Source of the DNA: a virus
Lineage: Duplodnaviria > Caudoviricetes
DNA length: 61,014 nt
Virus record (IMG/VR): IMGVR_UViG_3300043567_000426
Coordinates: 1 to 61,014 of that record
Strand: one strand, 5' to 3'
A program made the translations under genes and the position numbers. The notes under the pieces were generated by a model. That model did not search any database and was not told the DNA's origin. It saw nothing but the letters and a program-made list of their open reading frames with translations. Numbering within the stretch: the first letter of the stretch is position 1; every line of letters begins with the position of its first letter. Positions 9,535 through 21,658 of the stretch are shown one piece after another.

Positions 9535-9795
9535 ATGGGTGCTTACACAAGAACTGATTCTAAGAAGGTTCAAGGCGCTTCTGCTTCTTCAAAAAAATCA
9601 GGAACCGAAGACGATTCATTCGTTACGGCTGAACGCTTCAAAAAAGGCGGTAAGGCAGAAAAAGCTCACGGCGGCTGCATGAAAAAAGGCGGCAACGTAA
9701 TGTCGAAAGCTGCGCGTCCTGCTCGTAAGAGCGGCGGCGGCGTTCTTTCGTCAGCTGCTTCTGGCTCACCTCGCGGTAAAGCTTCGCACTACTAA
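9535..9795 (+). CDS. Small basic protein with K-K/S-GG motifs
   Basis: AGGAG RBS; FKKGG, MKKGG, RKSGG. Confidence 0.55.
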   Translation: MGAYTRTDSKKVQGASASSKKSGTEDDSFVTAERFKKGGKAEKAHGGCMKKGGNVMSKAARPARKSGGGVLSSAASGSPRGKASHY

Positions 9796-9862
9796 TTTGC
9801 TCCTTGGTATGCGATATTACGGGGGCGTTCGGTAACGCTCCCGTTTTTTGTAAGAGGGCATT

Positions 9863-10132
9863 ATGGCAAAGTCTCCTGCTTGGCAAAGATCTGAAGGAAA
9901 AAACCCAGAAGGCGGTTTAAACGCCAAGGGGCGCGCTTCCGCAAAGCGAGAAGGCCATAATTTAAAGCCGCCTGTTTCAAGCGAACAAGCAAAGAAAAGT
10001 CCAAAGGCTGCATCACGCCGTTCTTCTTTTTGTGCTAGAATGACAGGCATGAAAAAGAAATTGACGGGCGCCGCAGCTGCGGCAGATCCAAATAGCCGAA
10101 TCAATAAATCATTGCGAAAGTGGGATTGCTGA
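9863..10132 (+). CDS. Small basic phage protein
   Basis: AWQR.EGKNP.GGLN.KGR...RR.SFCARM...SL.KW.C pattern common in uncultured aquatic phages. Confidence 0.65.
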   Translation: MAKSPAWQRSEGKNPEGGLNAKGRASAKREGHNLKPPVSSEQAKKSPKAASRRSSFCARMTGMKKKLTGAAAAADPNSRINKSLRKWDC

Positions 10133-10305
10133 TGAGCAAGCCATTTTGGGAAAAAGATGCACCAAAAGACGCAAAGAGCAAGGCTCTTAGCTCAAAAGGT
10201 GTTAAGATAGCCAAGGCTAAAGCCAGAGCCGCCGGGCGCCCTTATCCGAATTTAGTAGATAATGTGGCTGCTGCTAGAGCCGGCCATACAAAAGGAAAAC
10301 GCTGA
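10132..10305 (+). CDS. Small basic protein
   Basis: TGATG coupling at both ends; RPYPNLVDN motif. Confidence 0.55.
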   Translation: MSKPFWEKDAPKDAKSKALSSKGVKIAKAKARAAGRPYPNLVDNVAAARAGHTKGKR

Positions 10306-10961
10306 TGCAGCCTATTTATGTTACTGTTGGCCCTTTAGCTGCGGCAAGCGCCAATGCGATTGCTTTAAGCCAGACGACTGCTGGAGCGGCGAATCTTACT
10401 CTTAATGGCGCTCTTGTAAGCAGCGGTGTCGCCATTTTGGATGAGCCAAGGCAAGTTTTAATTACCAATGTCGGCAATGATAGCGGCATTACATTTACAG
10501 TTTACGGAACTTGGATTGGCGGTCAAACGATTTCTGAGACGGTGCAAGGCACAAGCGGCAGCACTGTTGCAACCACGTTAGACTTCGCGACCGTAACTCG
10601 CGTGGCTGCAAGCGGCGCCACAAGCGTAAGTGGCGTGACTGTTGGCACAAATGGCGTTGCTGGTTCTAGCTGGTTGCGTTTTGATAGCTGGGCAGATGCT
10701 CAGACTGCTATTCAATGCAATGTTTCTGGAACTGTTAATTACACGATTCAAGTGACAATGGACGATCCAAATAGTCCGACGAATCCTGTCACAATTGAGA
10801 ATGTTGAGTGGCTAAACACCAATGACACGGATGCGGTGACTTCTGTCGCCAATGTTTTTTCTAACTTTCAATTTACGCCAACTTTTGCGCGCGTTTTATT
10901 AAACAGCGGCACGGGTTCCGTAACGGCTACCTTTGCTCAGTTTAACGTGGTGAACAAATGA
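10305..10961 (+). CDS. Virion structural protein
   Basis: Beta-rich, Thr/Gly/Val-rich, translationally coupled. Confidence 0.55.
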   Translation: MQPIYVTVGPLAAASANAIALSQTTAGAANLTLNGALVSSGVAILDEPRQVLITNVGNDSGITFTVYGTWIGGQTISETVQGTSGSTVATTLDFATVTRVAASGATSVSGVTVGTNGVAGSSWLRFDSWADAQTAIQCNVSGTVNYTIQVTMDDPNSPTNPVTIENVEWLNTNDTDAVTSVANVFSNFQFTPTFARVLLNSGTGSVTATFAQFNVVNK

Positions 10962-11275
10962 GTGGACCTGCTTGGATACCTGGCACAGGCGGCACTGCGT
11001 CTACGACGCTTCCGTATACGGGTGTGTCGGCTACTTACATTGTCCAAAATACAGATTGCATAGTAAATTGCACATCTGGAACATTTACCGTGACGCTGCC
11101 TACAGCGATTGGTAAAGAGGGGCAATATTTTATTATTAAGAATAGCGGAACTGGCGTTATCACGCTTGACGCATTTGGCTCTGAAACAATTGATGGTCAA
11201 GCACAACAAGTATTGGCCGTTCGATACGAGGCGTATTTCGTAGTTTCTAATAACGCGAACTGGATTGTTGTGTAA
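10958..11275 (+). CDS. Fibre-associated small protein
   Basis: TVTLP.A....Y.IK...ETIDG...W pattern seen in phage fibre modules. Confidence 0.55.
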   Translation: MSGPAWIPGTGGTASTTLPYTGVSATYIVQNTDCIVNCTSGTFTVTLPTAIGKEGQYFIIKNSGTGVITLDAFGSETIDGQAQQVLAVRYEAYFVVSNNANWIVV

Positions 11276-11763
11276 TGTCTCATCACATACCTCCCGGACC
11301 TCACGCGACATTTTCCAGCACTCAGACGCAAACAGTATTGAATGCGGCAAATTCGCAAGCGATCACATATAATACGACGTTAAATGCTGCTGGCATTACA
11401 TTAAATAGTAATACGCAAATTGTATTGCCGCAGATCGGCAATTATTGCTTTACATTTTCTGTGATTGGCCACAACTCAGGTTCGGCCAGCGCAAAATGGT
11501 TGAACATTTTCTTTAAGAAAAACGGAAATCTTGTCGATAATAGCAGCACGATTGTCGCAACAGTAAAGGATGAGCCTATAACTGTTGTCGCTACATTTGA
11601 TTTGGACTGCACGACTGTTGGCGATTATTACGAATTATTTATGGCTGGGCAGGATAATAGCACACAGATTCTAGCAACTGGCGCCCAAGCGGCTGTTCCT
11701 GGCGTATCTCCAGCCATGCCTGCTTGCCCATCAGTTGTTATCGCAGTTTGGCAGATTAGCTAA
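11275..11763 (+). CDS. Structural protein, C1q/BclA-C-like jelly-roll candidate
   Basis: G.Y.FTFSV ... GDYYELF pattern. Confidence 0.45.
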   Translation: MSHHIPPGPHATFSSTQTQTVLNAANSQAITYNTTLNAAGITLNSNTQIVLPQIGNYCFTFSVIGHNSGSASAKWLNIFFKKNGNLVDNSSTIVATVKDEPITVVATFDLDCTTVGDYYELFMAGQDNSTQILATGAQAAVPGVSPAMPACPSVVIAVWQIS

Positions 11764-11773
11764 GGATGAATAG

Positions 11774-12450
11774 ATGGCCACGAGCGGAACATATACTTTC
11801 AATCCGTCTCTTGGCGAGCTTACGGTATACGCCTATCAGCTAATTGGCGTTCGCCCCACTGCTCTTTTGCAAGAGCACATGGATGCTGCGCGAACAGCAA
11901 CAAATATGATGTTTACGCGTTGGAGCAACCAAGGTGTTAATCTTTGGCAGGTTGAGCTTACCACTGTCCCACTTGTCGCTGGCACATCATTTTATTCAGT
12001 TGACGCAAGCACGGTTGTGATTCTTGATGCCTATATCTCATATGGCACACCAGCGATTGACCGTATTATTCTGCCAATCAGTAGAACTGAATATGCGTCT
12101 TACCCTAATAAAACGCAGCAAGGTTTCCCGACGACTATATGGTTTGATAGAACGTTAAATCCTGGTCTTTACTTGTGGCCTGTTCCTGATGGAACGCAAA
12201 CATCATTAAAATATTATTCTGTTTTACGCCTCCAAGACGCCAATATGAACGGAACAGAGCAAGTTGACGTCCCTCCGATATGGCTGGAAGCGATGGTTTA
12301 CGGCCTTGCAGAGCGCCTTGCGATGATTTGGGCTCCAGAAAAAGCGGCTATTATGAAGCCAATGGCTGATGAGGCTTACAGCATCGCCGCCGCTCAAAAT
12401 GTTGAAACTGCCCAGCAATATATTTCGCCTCAAATTAGCGGATATTTTAG

Positions 12451-12454
<4 letters not shown>
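11774..12454 (+). CDS. Head-tail adaptor / tail tubular-type protein
   Basis: MATSGT, W.N.G.NLW, ISR.EY...PNK..QG.P, LWPVPD motifs. Confidence 0.65.
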
Positions 12455-14723
<2,269 letters not shown>

Positions 14724-14724
14724 T

Positions 14725-15603
14725 ATGAGCACAATTTCATTATACGGCGACACATCTGGATACGTTAATATAACGGTTCCGCTGACGATTGCTGTCCCTT
14801 GGACAGTGACGCTTCCATCTGCCGCTCCGACAGCGAACGGTCAATATCTTTCCTCGACAACTGCTGGCGTTACTTCATGGTCGTCGCTTGGACCTGCGAC
14901 ATACGCAACTATTGTCGGCTATACGACAACGGTTACATCAGCAAGTCCCGTTACGCTGACATCTTCAAGCACATTTTATCAATTCTTTACTGGCTCAACG
15001 GCGCAGACAGTTGTTCTTCCAGTAACAAGCACACTTGCGACGGGTTGGACTTTCAATATCGTCAATAATAGCACTGCTAATATTACGGTTAATTCGTCAG
15101 GCAGCAATCTCGTTGCAACATGCTTGCCCGGCACAACGCTTCGTCTTATTTGTATCCTGACATCAGGCACTACCGCCGCGTCTTGGGATTCTGAAGTTGT
15201 TGGCTTTACGACTGTAACCGGCACAGGAAATAATGTTTTAGCAACGGCACCAACAATTACTAACCCAACAATCACCGATTACATTGAAACATATTTCAAC
15301 ATCGGAACTGTTACTACATCAGCTTCGCCAACTCTTTCAAACGGAACTGTGCAAACATTGACGCTAACGGCGTCAACAACATGCACAGTTACAATGCCAA
15401 CGGCGACTGCTGGCAAATCATTTATACTTCTTGTTCGTCAAGCTGCATCAACAGGAAATGGCGCAGTGACGTGGTCGTCAGTTAAATGGAATAGCGGAGG
15501 AACGCCAACTGTTACCGCAACCGCTGGCAGGATGGATATTTTTACTTTTGTTGCTGATGGCACAAATTGGTATGGATCTGCCTCACAGGGATATACGCCC
15601 TAA
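14725..15603 (+). CDS. Tail/fibre protein
   Basis: Thr/Ser-rich beta protein; C-terminal DIFTF..DGTNWYG. Confidence 0.6.
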   Translation: MSTISLYGDTSGYVNITVPLTIAVPWTVTLPSAAPTANGQYLSSTTAGVTSWSSLGPATYATIVGYTTTVTSASPVTLTSSSTFYQFFTGSTAQTVVLPVTSTLATGWTFNIVNNSTANITVNSSGSNLVATCLPGTTLRLICILTSGTTAASWDSEVVGFTTVTGTGNNVLATAPTITNPTITDYIETYFNIGTVTTSASPTLSNGTVQTLTLTASTTCTVTMPTATAGKSFILLVRQAASTGNGAVTWSSVKWNSGGTPTVTATAGRMDIFTFVADGTNWYGSASQGYTP

Positions 15604-17159
15604 TGTTTTCGGCGCTTAATTTCTTTCTTGCTGGTGGTGCGGCAAGATATTCAATTGTTGAAACATTTAATGCTTCTGGAAACTGGGTTGCGCCTACAGG
15701 CGTGACGCAACTTGATAGTTATTTAATAGTTGCCGGTGGCGCATCAGGCGGCGGCGGATATGGCGGCGGGGGTGGTGCTGGCGGCTATGTTACCGGATCA
15801 AATCTTTCCGTTACAGCTGGTTCTTCATACACAGTATCCGTAGGCGGCGGTGGCACGGCCTCTGCTGGACAAGGCAATAATGGGAGCCCTAGCTCTTTTC
15901 CGGGTGCGACAACAGCAGTCGGCGGCGGTGGTGGAGGCGCTGTAGCAGCTGGGTCAAATGGCGGTTCTGGCGGCGGTGCTGGATATGGAACTTATCCGGG
16001 CGGAAACGGAACAGCACCACAAGGCTTCAAAGGCGGCGATGCGGTAAATTCTCCCGGTGTAGGCAGCACGGGCGGCGGCGGCGGCGCTGGAGCAGCTGGG
16101 GGCAATGGGACTTATACCCCAAACCCAAACAAATCAGGTGATGGCGGAATAGGCCTTAATACTTATTCTGGCTATAGCGGTTATCTCGCAGGCGGTGGCG
16201 GCGGCGGCATTTATGGCCCAGGTGGAGGAACGGCAGGACTAGGCGGAAATGGCGGCGGCGGCAATGGGGCCGCAAGCGGCGTAGGTTCCAATGGAGCAGC
16301 TAATACAGGTGGTGGTGGCGGCGGCGGGGGTCCCGGTTCTAACAGCGGTGCAGGCGGGTCTGGAATTGTAATTTTAACTTATAAAATTGCCGCAGCTACA
16401 GCGATTACGTTCACTTCTACAGCTACTGTAAAAATTCCGACCGGCTGCACATCAATTGATTATCTTGTTGTTGCTGGTGGTGGCGCTGGCGGAGATAATG
16501 CAGGAGGCGGCGGAGGGGCCGGTGGTTTTGTTACGGCATCAGGCATTGCCGTTACTGCTGGCAATACATTAACCGCGACAATAGGCGCTGGCGGCAATGC
16601 TGGTAATACGGGCAGCGCGCCCGGCGGCAATGGCAGCAACTCAACATTATCTGGAACGGCTCCATTTTCTACTGTAACCGCAACAGGCGGCGGCGGTGGT
16701 GGATATTACAATGGCAATGGAGCGAATGGTGGTTCTGGCGGTGGTGGTGGAGGAGGTTTTCCTTCTAATACAGCTGGAGGAACTGGTGTATCAAGCCCTG
16801 CTCGCCAAGGGTATGATGGCGGCACTGGCGGCTATTATAGCGCCAAGCGCAATGCCGGTGGCGGTGGTGGTGCGAGCATTAATGGAAATAACGGCGCTAC
16901 GGGCCAAGCAGGAAATGGCGGCAATGGCCTAACATTTGGTGGCGTTTATTATGCAGGCGGCGGAGGTGGCGGCGGTAACGACGTAACCAATGTCGGCGCA
17001 GGTGGATTAGGCGGCGGAGGCAGTGGCGGCACTTTCCCAAGCACAATACCGGTAGCAGGATCGCCTAATACAGGCGGTGGCGGAGGCGGAGGCGGATATC
17101 CGCCAAGCTATTATGGCACCAATGGCGGTTCTGGAATCGTAATCATTAAATTTAACTAG
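15603..17159 (+). CDS. Glycine-rich fibre/receptor-binding protein, paralog 1
   Basis: Two F..SG.W.AP.GV....YL.VAGG Gly-rich domains; ends GGSGIVIIKFN; start placed at the ATG overlapping the upstream stop. Confidence 0.7.
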   Translation: MFSALNFFLAGGAARYSIVETFNASGNWVAPTGVTQLDSYLIVAGGASGGGGYGGGGGAGGYVTGSNLSVTAGSSYTVSVGGGGTASAGQGNNGSPSSFPGATTAVGGGGGGAVAAGSNGGSGGGAGYGTYPGGNGTAPQGFKGGDAVNSPGVGSTGGGGGAGAAGGNGTYTPNPNKSGDGGIGLNTYSGYSGYLAGGGGGGIYGPGGGTAGLGGNGGGGNGAASGVGSNGAANTGGGGGGGGPGSNSGAGGSGIVILTYKIAAATAITFTSTATVKIPTGCTSIDYLVVAGGGAGGDNAGGGGGAGGFVTASGIAVTAGNTLTATIGAGGNAGNTGSAPGGNGSNSTLSGTAPFSTVTATGGGGGGYYNGNGANGGSGGGGGGGFPSNTAGGTGVSSPARQGYDGGTGGYYSAKRNAGGGGGASINGNNGATGQAGNGGNGLTFGGVYYAGGGGGGGNDVTNVGAGGLGGGGSGGTFPSTIPVAGSPNTGGGGGGGGYPPSYYGTNGGSGIVIIKFN

Positions 17160-17215
17160 CAAGAAATAAGTGGCTCAATTGGCGCATAGCTGTTAAAATT
17201 TTCTAGAGGTTCGCA

Positions 17216-18097
17216 ATGGTTGCAACAGTAAAATGCGATACGATCACGAACGCCGCTAACACCGGCACGGCGAACCTGTCGCTTGATTCCAGTGGCAATG
17301 TCACTTTTGGAAACAGTTTAACTATTTCTACTGCGAGCGCGCGTTTTCTTGGTGACTTTTCAAACGCAACTGTATCTACGCGGCTTGCTTTTCAAACAAG
17401 CACAACAAACGGCTCGACGGGCATTTACGCGCTGCCAAATGGCACATCAACTGCTGCAAGTTGGCAGGCGACGAATAATTCTGATCCAACAAATGCCAGC
17501 AAGATTTTGATTGCAACAAATGCAAGCACAGACGTCCAGCTTGTATCTGGAGTTAATGGGTCAGGCACATATCTTCCGCTATCTATTTGGAATAGCGGTG
17601 GCCAGACAGCGCAATTTAGCACGACAAGGGGCACATTTACGCTTGGTGTCGCGGGAACCGCAGCCGGTGTTTTGGTTCTTGCGGGTAGCACATCGGGCAC
17701 TGCAACCCTTAATACCGCAGCTGTTGCTGGATCTTTCACCTACACGTTCACCAATCCCGGCGTTAACGTCAATGTTGGCTATTTAGAGGTTCCACAAAAC
17801 TCACAAGGAAACGGATATACAACCGTTCTTTCTGATAGTGGAAAACATCTTTATTTTAGTGCAGGTGGCGCAACAATTACAATTGCTGCAAATGGCAGCG
17901 TTGCTTATCCACTTGGAACAGTGCTGACGTTTATTAATATGAACGCAAGCAGCTGCTCAATCGCCATATCGTCAGACACAATGTATTTATCCGGCACCGG
18001 AACAACCGGAACGCGCGCACTTGCGCAATACGGGATGGCGACGGCGATTAAAACCGCTTCAACAACTTGGCTGATCAGCGGTTCGGGATTGACCTAA
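17216..18097 (+). CDS. Tail/fibre protein
   Basis: Thr/Ser/Gly-rich; C-terminal W.ISGSGLT. Confidence 0.6.
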   Translation: MVATVKCDTITNAANTGTANLSLDSSGNVTFGNSLTISTASARFLGDFSNATVSTRLAFQTSTTNGSTGIYALPNGTSTAASWQATNNSDPTNASKILIATNASTDVQLVSGVNGSGTYLPLSIWNSGGQTAQFSTTRGTFTLGVAGTAAGVLVLAGSTSGTATLNTAAVAGSFTYTFTNPGVNVNVGYLEVPQNSQGNGYTTVLSDSGKHLYFSAGGATITIAANGSVAYPLGTVLTFINMNASSCSIAISSDTMYLSGTGTTGTRALAQYGMATAIKTASTTWLISGSGLT

Positions 18098-19683
18098 TGA
18101 GCGGCGTTCTTAACCTGCTTTTGGCGAGCGGCGGCAAGGGGCAGGCAACTGTTGTTCAAACCTTTACGGCGTCAGGTAACTGGACGGCACCGACGGGCGT
18201 CACGCAAATTGACAGCTATCTAATCGTCGCAGGCGGTGGCGGTGGCGGAGGATTTGGTGGCGGCGGCGCAGGTGGTTTTAGGACAGCGACCAATGTTGCG
18301 GTTACTGCTGGAACTACTTATGCAATCCAAGTTGGTGGCGCTGGCGCTGGTAGTGGATCTGGATCGGTAAAAGGTAATCCTGGAACCGATAGTTATATAG
18401 CCATAGGTTCATCTCCTTATTCTGCATATAGGTCCGCAGGCGGCGGTGGCGGCGGGGCTTTTAGCAACGCAAATGCGCAAGGGGCTGATGGAGGCTCAGG
18501 TGGAGGCGGCGGAACTGATAGTAGCCCGCCATATACAGGACGCGCTGGTGGCTCGCCCAGCCCTGCAACAACTCCGGCACAAGGATATGCCGGAGGGTCT
18601 GGGGCCACTGGCGGCGCGGCAGGCGGCGGCGGAGGAGGAGCTAATACATCTACGGGAACCGGAGGTAATGGTTCTGGCAGTTCTGGCGGTTCTGGCGGAA
18701 ATGGCGCTCCTTATTCTTTAGGGCCATTTGCTATTTATGCAGGCGGCGGTGGTGGAGCAGGTTCTGGTGCTCTTGGTCCTGGCGGGTCTGGCGGCGGCGG
18801 TAATGGAGAAAAATATAATTTAGCTCCAGCCGCGACTGCCGGTGGCACCAACCAAGGAGGAGGTGGTGGAGGTTCTTATGCAGGAACCCAAGCGGCCGCA
18901 GGAGGATCTGGGATTGTAATTATTTCTTACAAACAACCCGCCTCATCAGTCGCCATCTTCTATTCATCCGGCACCGTAACGATCCCAACGGGCGTTTCAA
19001 CGATTGATTATCTTGTTGTTGCAGGTGGAGGATCTGGAGCGACAGGAACAGGATCGGGCGGCGGAGGCGCTGGCGGTTATAAAGCGGGTACTACAGCCGT
19101 TACAGCCGGAACACCATATACAATAACTGTTGGCGCTGGCGGAACTTCAACAGCCGCCCCTAGTTCAGCTGTAGGAGGCGATGGAACTGGTTCAAGTATC
19201 GGGTCTTTAGTCACCACAACAGGCGGCGGCGGTGGCGGATATGAAGCTCCAAATAGAAACGGACGCAGCGGGGGCTCCGGTGGCGGGGGAGCATATGGCG
19301 GTGGCACTGGTGGGCCAGGAACACCGGGAGAAGGGAATGCTGGCGGCGCTGGCTACAATCCCGCAACAAGTCCTTATGGAGGAGGTGGCGGTGGTGGTGC
19401 TGGAGGAACCGGAGGAAGCGCGCCTAATTCAACTACTGCCGGAAATGGTGGAGCAGGAACTCCATATGGGACGCCTTCAGTAGGCTATGCAGGCGGCGGC
19501 GGCGGTGGCATTAGAACTCCTAGTCCGGCAAGTAGTGCTTCTTCGGGAGGCGGCGCTGGAGGTGTATCTGGTGCTGGAACTGCTGGAACTGCTAATAGAG
19601 GGGGCGGCGGTGGCGGTGCTGGAACCGATGCTACTTTAGGCGGCAATGGCGGCTCTGGCATAGTAATCATCAAGTTCAATTAA
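18097..19683 (+). CDS. Glycine-rich fibre/receptor-binding protein, paralog 2
   Basis: Same two-domain architecture and GGSGIVIIKFN end. Confidence 0.7.
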   Translation: MSGVLNLLLASGGKGQATVVQTFTASGNWTAPTGVTQIDSYLIVAGGGGGGGFGGGGAGGFRTATNVAVTAGTTYAIQVGGAGAGSGSGSVKGNPGTDSYIAIGSSPYSAYRSAGGGGGGAFSNANAQGADGGSGGGGGTDSSPPYTGRAGGSPSPATTPAQGYAGGSGATGGAAGGGGGGANTSTGTGGNGSGSSGGSGGNGAPYSLGPFAIYAGGGGGAGSGALGPGGSGGGGNGEKYNLAPAATAGGTNQGGGGGGSYAGTQAAAGGSGIVIISYKQPASSVAIFYSSGTVTIPTGVSTIDYLVVAGGGSGATGTGSGGGGAGGYKAGTTAVTAGTPYTITVGAGGTSTAAPSSAVGGDGTGSSIGSLVTTTGGGGGGYEAPNRNGRSGGSGGGGAYGGGTGGPGTPGEGNAGGAGYNPATSPYGGGGGGGAGGTGGSAPNSTTAGNGGAGTPYGTPSVGYAGGGGGGIRTPSPASSASSGGGAGGVSGAGTAGTANRGGGGGGAGTDATLGGNGGSGIVIIKFN

Positions 19684-19702
19684 TGAGAAAAAGGGGCTCA
19701 TT

Positions 19703-19969
19703 ATGGATAAGCAGACGAAAATATACAGGCTAATGGGTATTGATACGGCAATGCATTTATTGCGTCCCGGCGCTGCTTGGGAGATCAGCAACAATACATT
19801 CACGCGCTGGGAGGATGAACGTCCCTGCCCGACGATCGAAGAGGTTTACGAGACGATCGACAAGATCAAGGCGTTTGAGGATAGCATCAAGACGATCTAC
19901 ACGGCCAAGCAGCTTGAAGAAATGGGCGTAAAGCAGCGGGAACTAGAGGAGGCTCTCGGTGATAATTGA
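19703..19969 (+). CDS. Small fibre-assembly-like protein (XkdW-like)
   Basis: A...LRPGA.W.....W.D.RP.PT..E motif. Confidence 0.5.
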   Translation: MDKQTKIYRLMGIDTAMHLLRPGAAWEISNNTFTRWEDERPCPTIEEVYETIDKIKAFEDSIKTIYTAKQLEEMGVKQRELEEALGDN

Positions 19970-20564
19970 GAACCTTTATCCAATCCCGATTGGCTTTTTC
20001 AAGCATGAAGAGGGCATAACGGAAGCTCAAACAACATTCATGGTTGATCAGGAGCAGCGGCCTAATGACGGCAATACAAGCAGCGTCAATAGATATTTGC
20101 TGAAAGAAAAGAAGCTCGCAAATCTCACTACATTTATTGAGAAATGCGCGCATGAATATCTGATGGCGACGATCTGCCCAAAGAATGATGTTAGGCTTCG
20201 GATTACGCAATCTTGGCTCAATTGGACCAAGCCGGGGCAGTTTCATCATAAGCATGCGCATCCAAACAGCCTGATCTCTGGCTGTTATTATGTCAAAGCC
20301 AACAAGGAAACTGATAAGATATTTTTCTACAAAGATGGATATCAGCAAATTAAGTTTCCGCCTGTCGAGTGGAATAGTTACAATTCGGAGAGTTGGTGGT
20401 ATCCTGTAGGAACCGGAGATTTAGTGTTTTTCCCTTCCAGCCTGACCCATATGGTTCAGCCAGTAGGCGGCGAAGACACAAGGATCAGCCTAGCCTTTAA
20501 CACTTTCCCCGTCGGGCATGTCGGGGACGAAGACGAACTAACCGCACTTTATTTAGGAAAGTAA
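19959..20564 (+). CDS. 2OG-Fe(II) oxygenase (TIGR02466-like)
   Basis: SW.N...PG..H..H.HPNS.ISG.YY and GDLV.FPS.L.H.V......RISLAFN. Confidence 0.85.
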   Translation: MIIENLYPIPIGFFKHEEGITEAQTTFMVDQEQRPNDGNTSSVNRYLLKEKKLANLTTFIEKCAHEYLMATICPKNDVRLRITQSWLNWTKPGQFHHKHAHPNSLISGCYYVKANKETDKIFFYKDGYQQIKFPPVEWNSYNSESWWYPVGTGDLVFFPSSLTHMVQPVGGEDTRISLAFNTFPVGHVGDEDELTALYLGK

Positions 20565-20566
20565 AG

Positions 20567-20938
20567 ATGGCTCATTTTGCTGAATTAGATAACAACGACG
20601 TCGTCCTTCGAGTAATCGTCGTCTCCAATTCCGATACGTCAACGCCTGACGGCAATGAAGTTGAGAGCATTGGCATTGCTTTTTGCCAACGCCTCTTTGG
20701 CGGCAATTGGCGTCAGACAAGCTACAACGGCAATTTCCGCGTTCGATATGCGGGAATTGGTTACACATACAATTCGCAGCTTGATGCGTTTATTCCGCCA
20801 AAGCCTTATCCATCATGGGTGTTAAGCCCTGTGACGGTTGATTGGGAAGCGCCTGTTCCTTACCCAACTGATGGCAAGGTTTACTTTTGGAATGAAGGCA
20901 CTGGGTCTTGGGCATTGGTTGAGCCACAGCCTGCATAA
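20567..20938 (+). CDS. Fibre-associated phage protein
   Basis: MAHFAELD...W.QTSYN..FR..YAGIG..Y...DAFIPPKPYPSW. Confidence 0.6.
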   Translation: MAHFAELDNNDVVLRVIVVSNSDTSTPDGNEVESIGIAFCQRLFGGNWRQTSYNGNFRVRYAGIGYTYNSQLDAFIPPKPYPSWVLSPVTVDWEAPVPYPTDGKVYFWNEGTGSWALVEPQPA

Positions 20939-20949
20939 GGAATACTGAC

Positions 20950-21264
20950 ATGGCCGTAGTTATCAATGGCACAACTGGTATATCTGGCGTAGATGGCAGC
21001 GCGGGAACGCCTGCGCTGCAAGGCACAGATACCAATACGGGCATTACCTATCCCGCATCAAATGTCATTGGCTTTTCGGCTGACGGTGTCGAGCGTTTGC
21101 GCGTTACTACAAGCGGCTTGCAGTATAACGGCTCGACAAGCGGATCAATTACCTTAACTGCCACGGCTACTGCTGGCAGCAATACGCTAACACTTCCGGC
21201 TACGACCGGAACCGTTGCTACGACAGGATTTTCTGTAGCAATGGCGCTCGTTCTCGGAGGATAA
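20950..21264 (+). CDS. Small fibre-like structural protein
   Basis: Thr/Gly-rich; TLTLPATTGT motif. Confidence 0.5.
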   Translation: MAVVINGTTGISGVDGSAGTPALQGTDTNTGITYPASNVIGFSADGVERLRVTTSGLQYNGSTSGSITLTATATAGSNTLTLPATTGTVATTGFSVAMALVLGG

Positions 21265-21265
21265 A

Positions 21266-21658
21266 ATGGCTAATCCTAATATTGTTAGCGTCACATCTAT
21301 ACTTGGCGTTACGACATATCTGACGCCAAGTGTCACAACTGCAATTTCTTTGCTAAATAATCCAGCTTCTTCTAACAAGGTTTTTAAAATCGAAAGCCTT
21401 GTCGCGTCAAATAACACTGGCTCTGCTGCGACATGCACTGTTTCGTATTACACGGCGGCTAACGTGCAAGGAACAAATCCTCCTACTGGTGGCACCGCTT
21501 TTCCAATTTGCACAAGCGTTTCTGTTCCTGCAAATGCATCATTGGTTGTGATTGAAAAGAGCAACGGCATCTATTTAATGGAAAATGCCTGCATATCTGT
21601 AACGTCTGGCACGGGCAGCGCCATTACCTACACTGTTTCTTATGAGGACATCTCTTAA
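21266..21658 (+). CDS. Structural protein
   Basis: MANPNIVSV...VPA.ASL...IYL.E...SYEDIS. Confidence 0.55.
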   Translation: MANPNIVSVTSILGVTTYLTPSVTTAISLLNNPASSNKVFKIESLVASNNTGSAATCTVSYYTAANVQGTNPPTGGTAFPICTSVSVPANASLVVIEKSNGIYLMENACISVTSGTGSAITYTVSYEDIS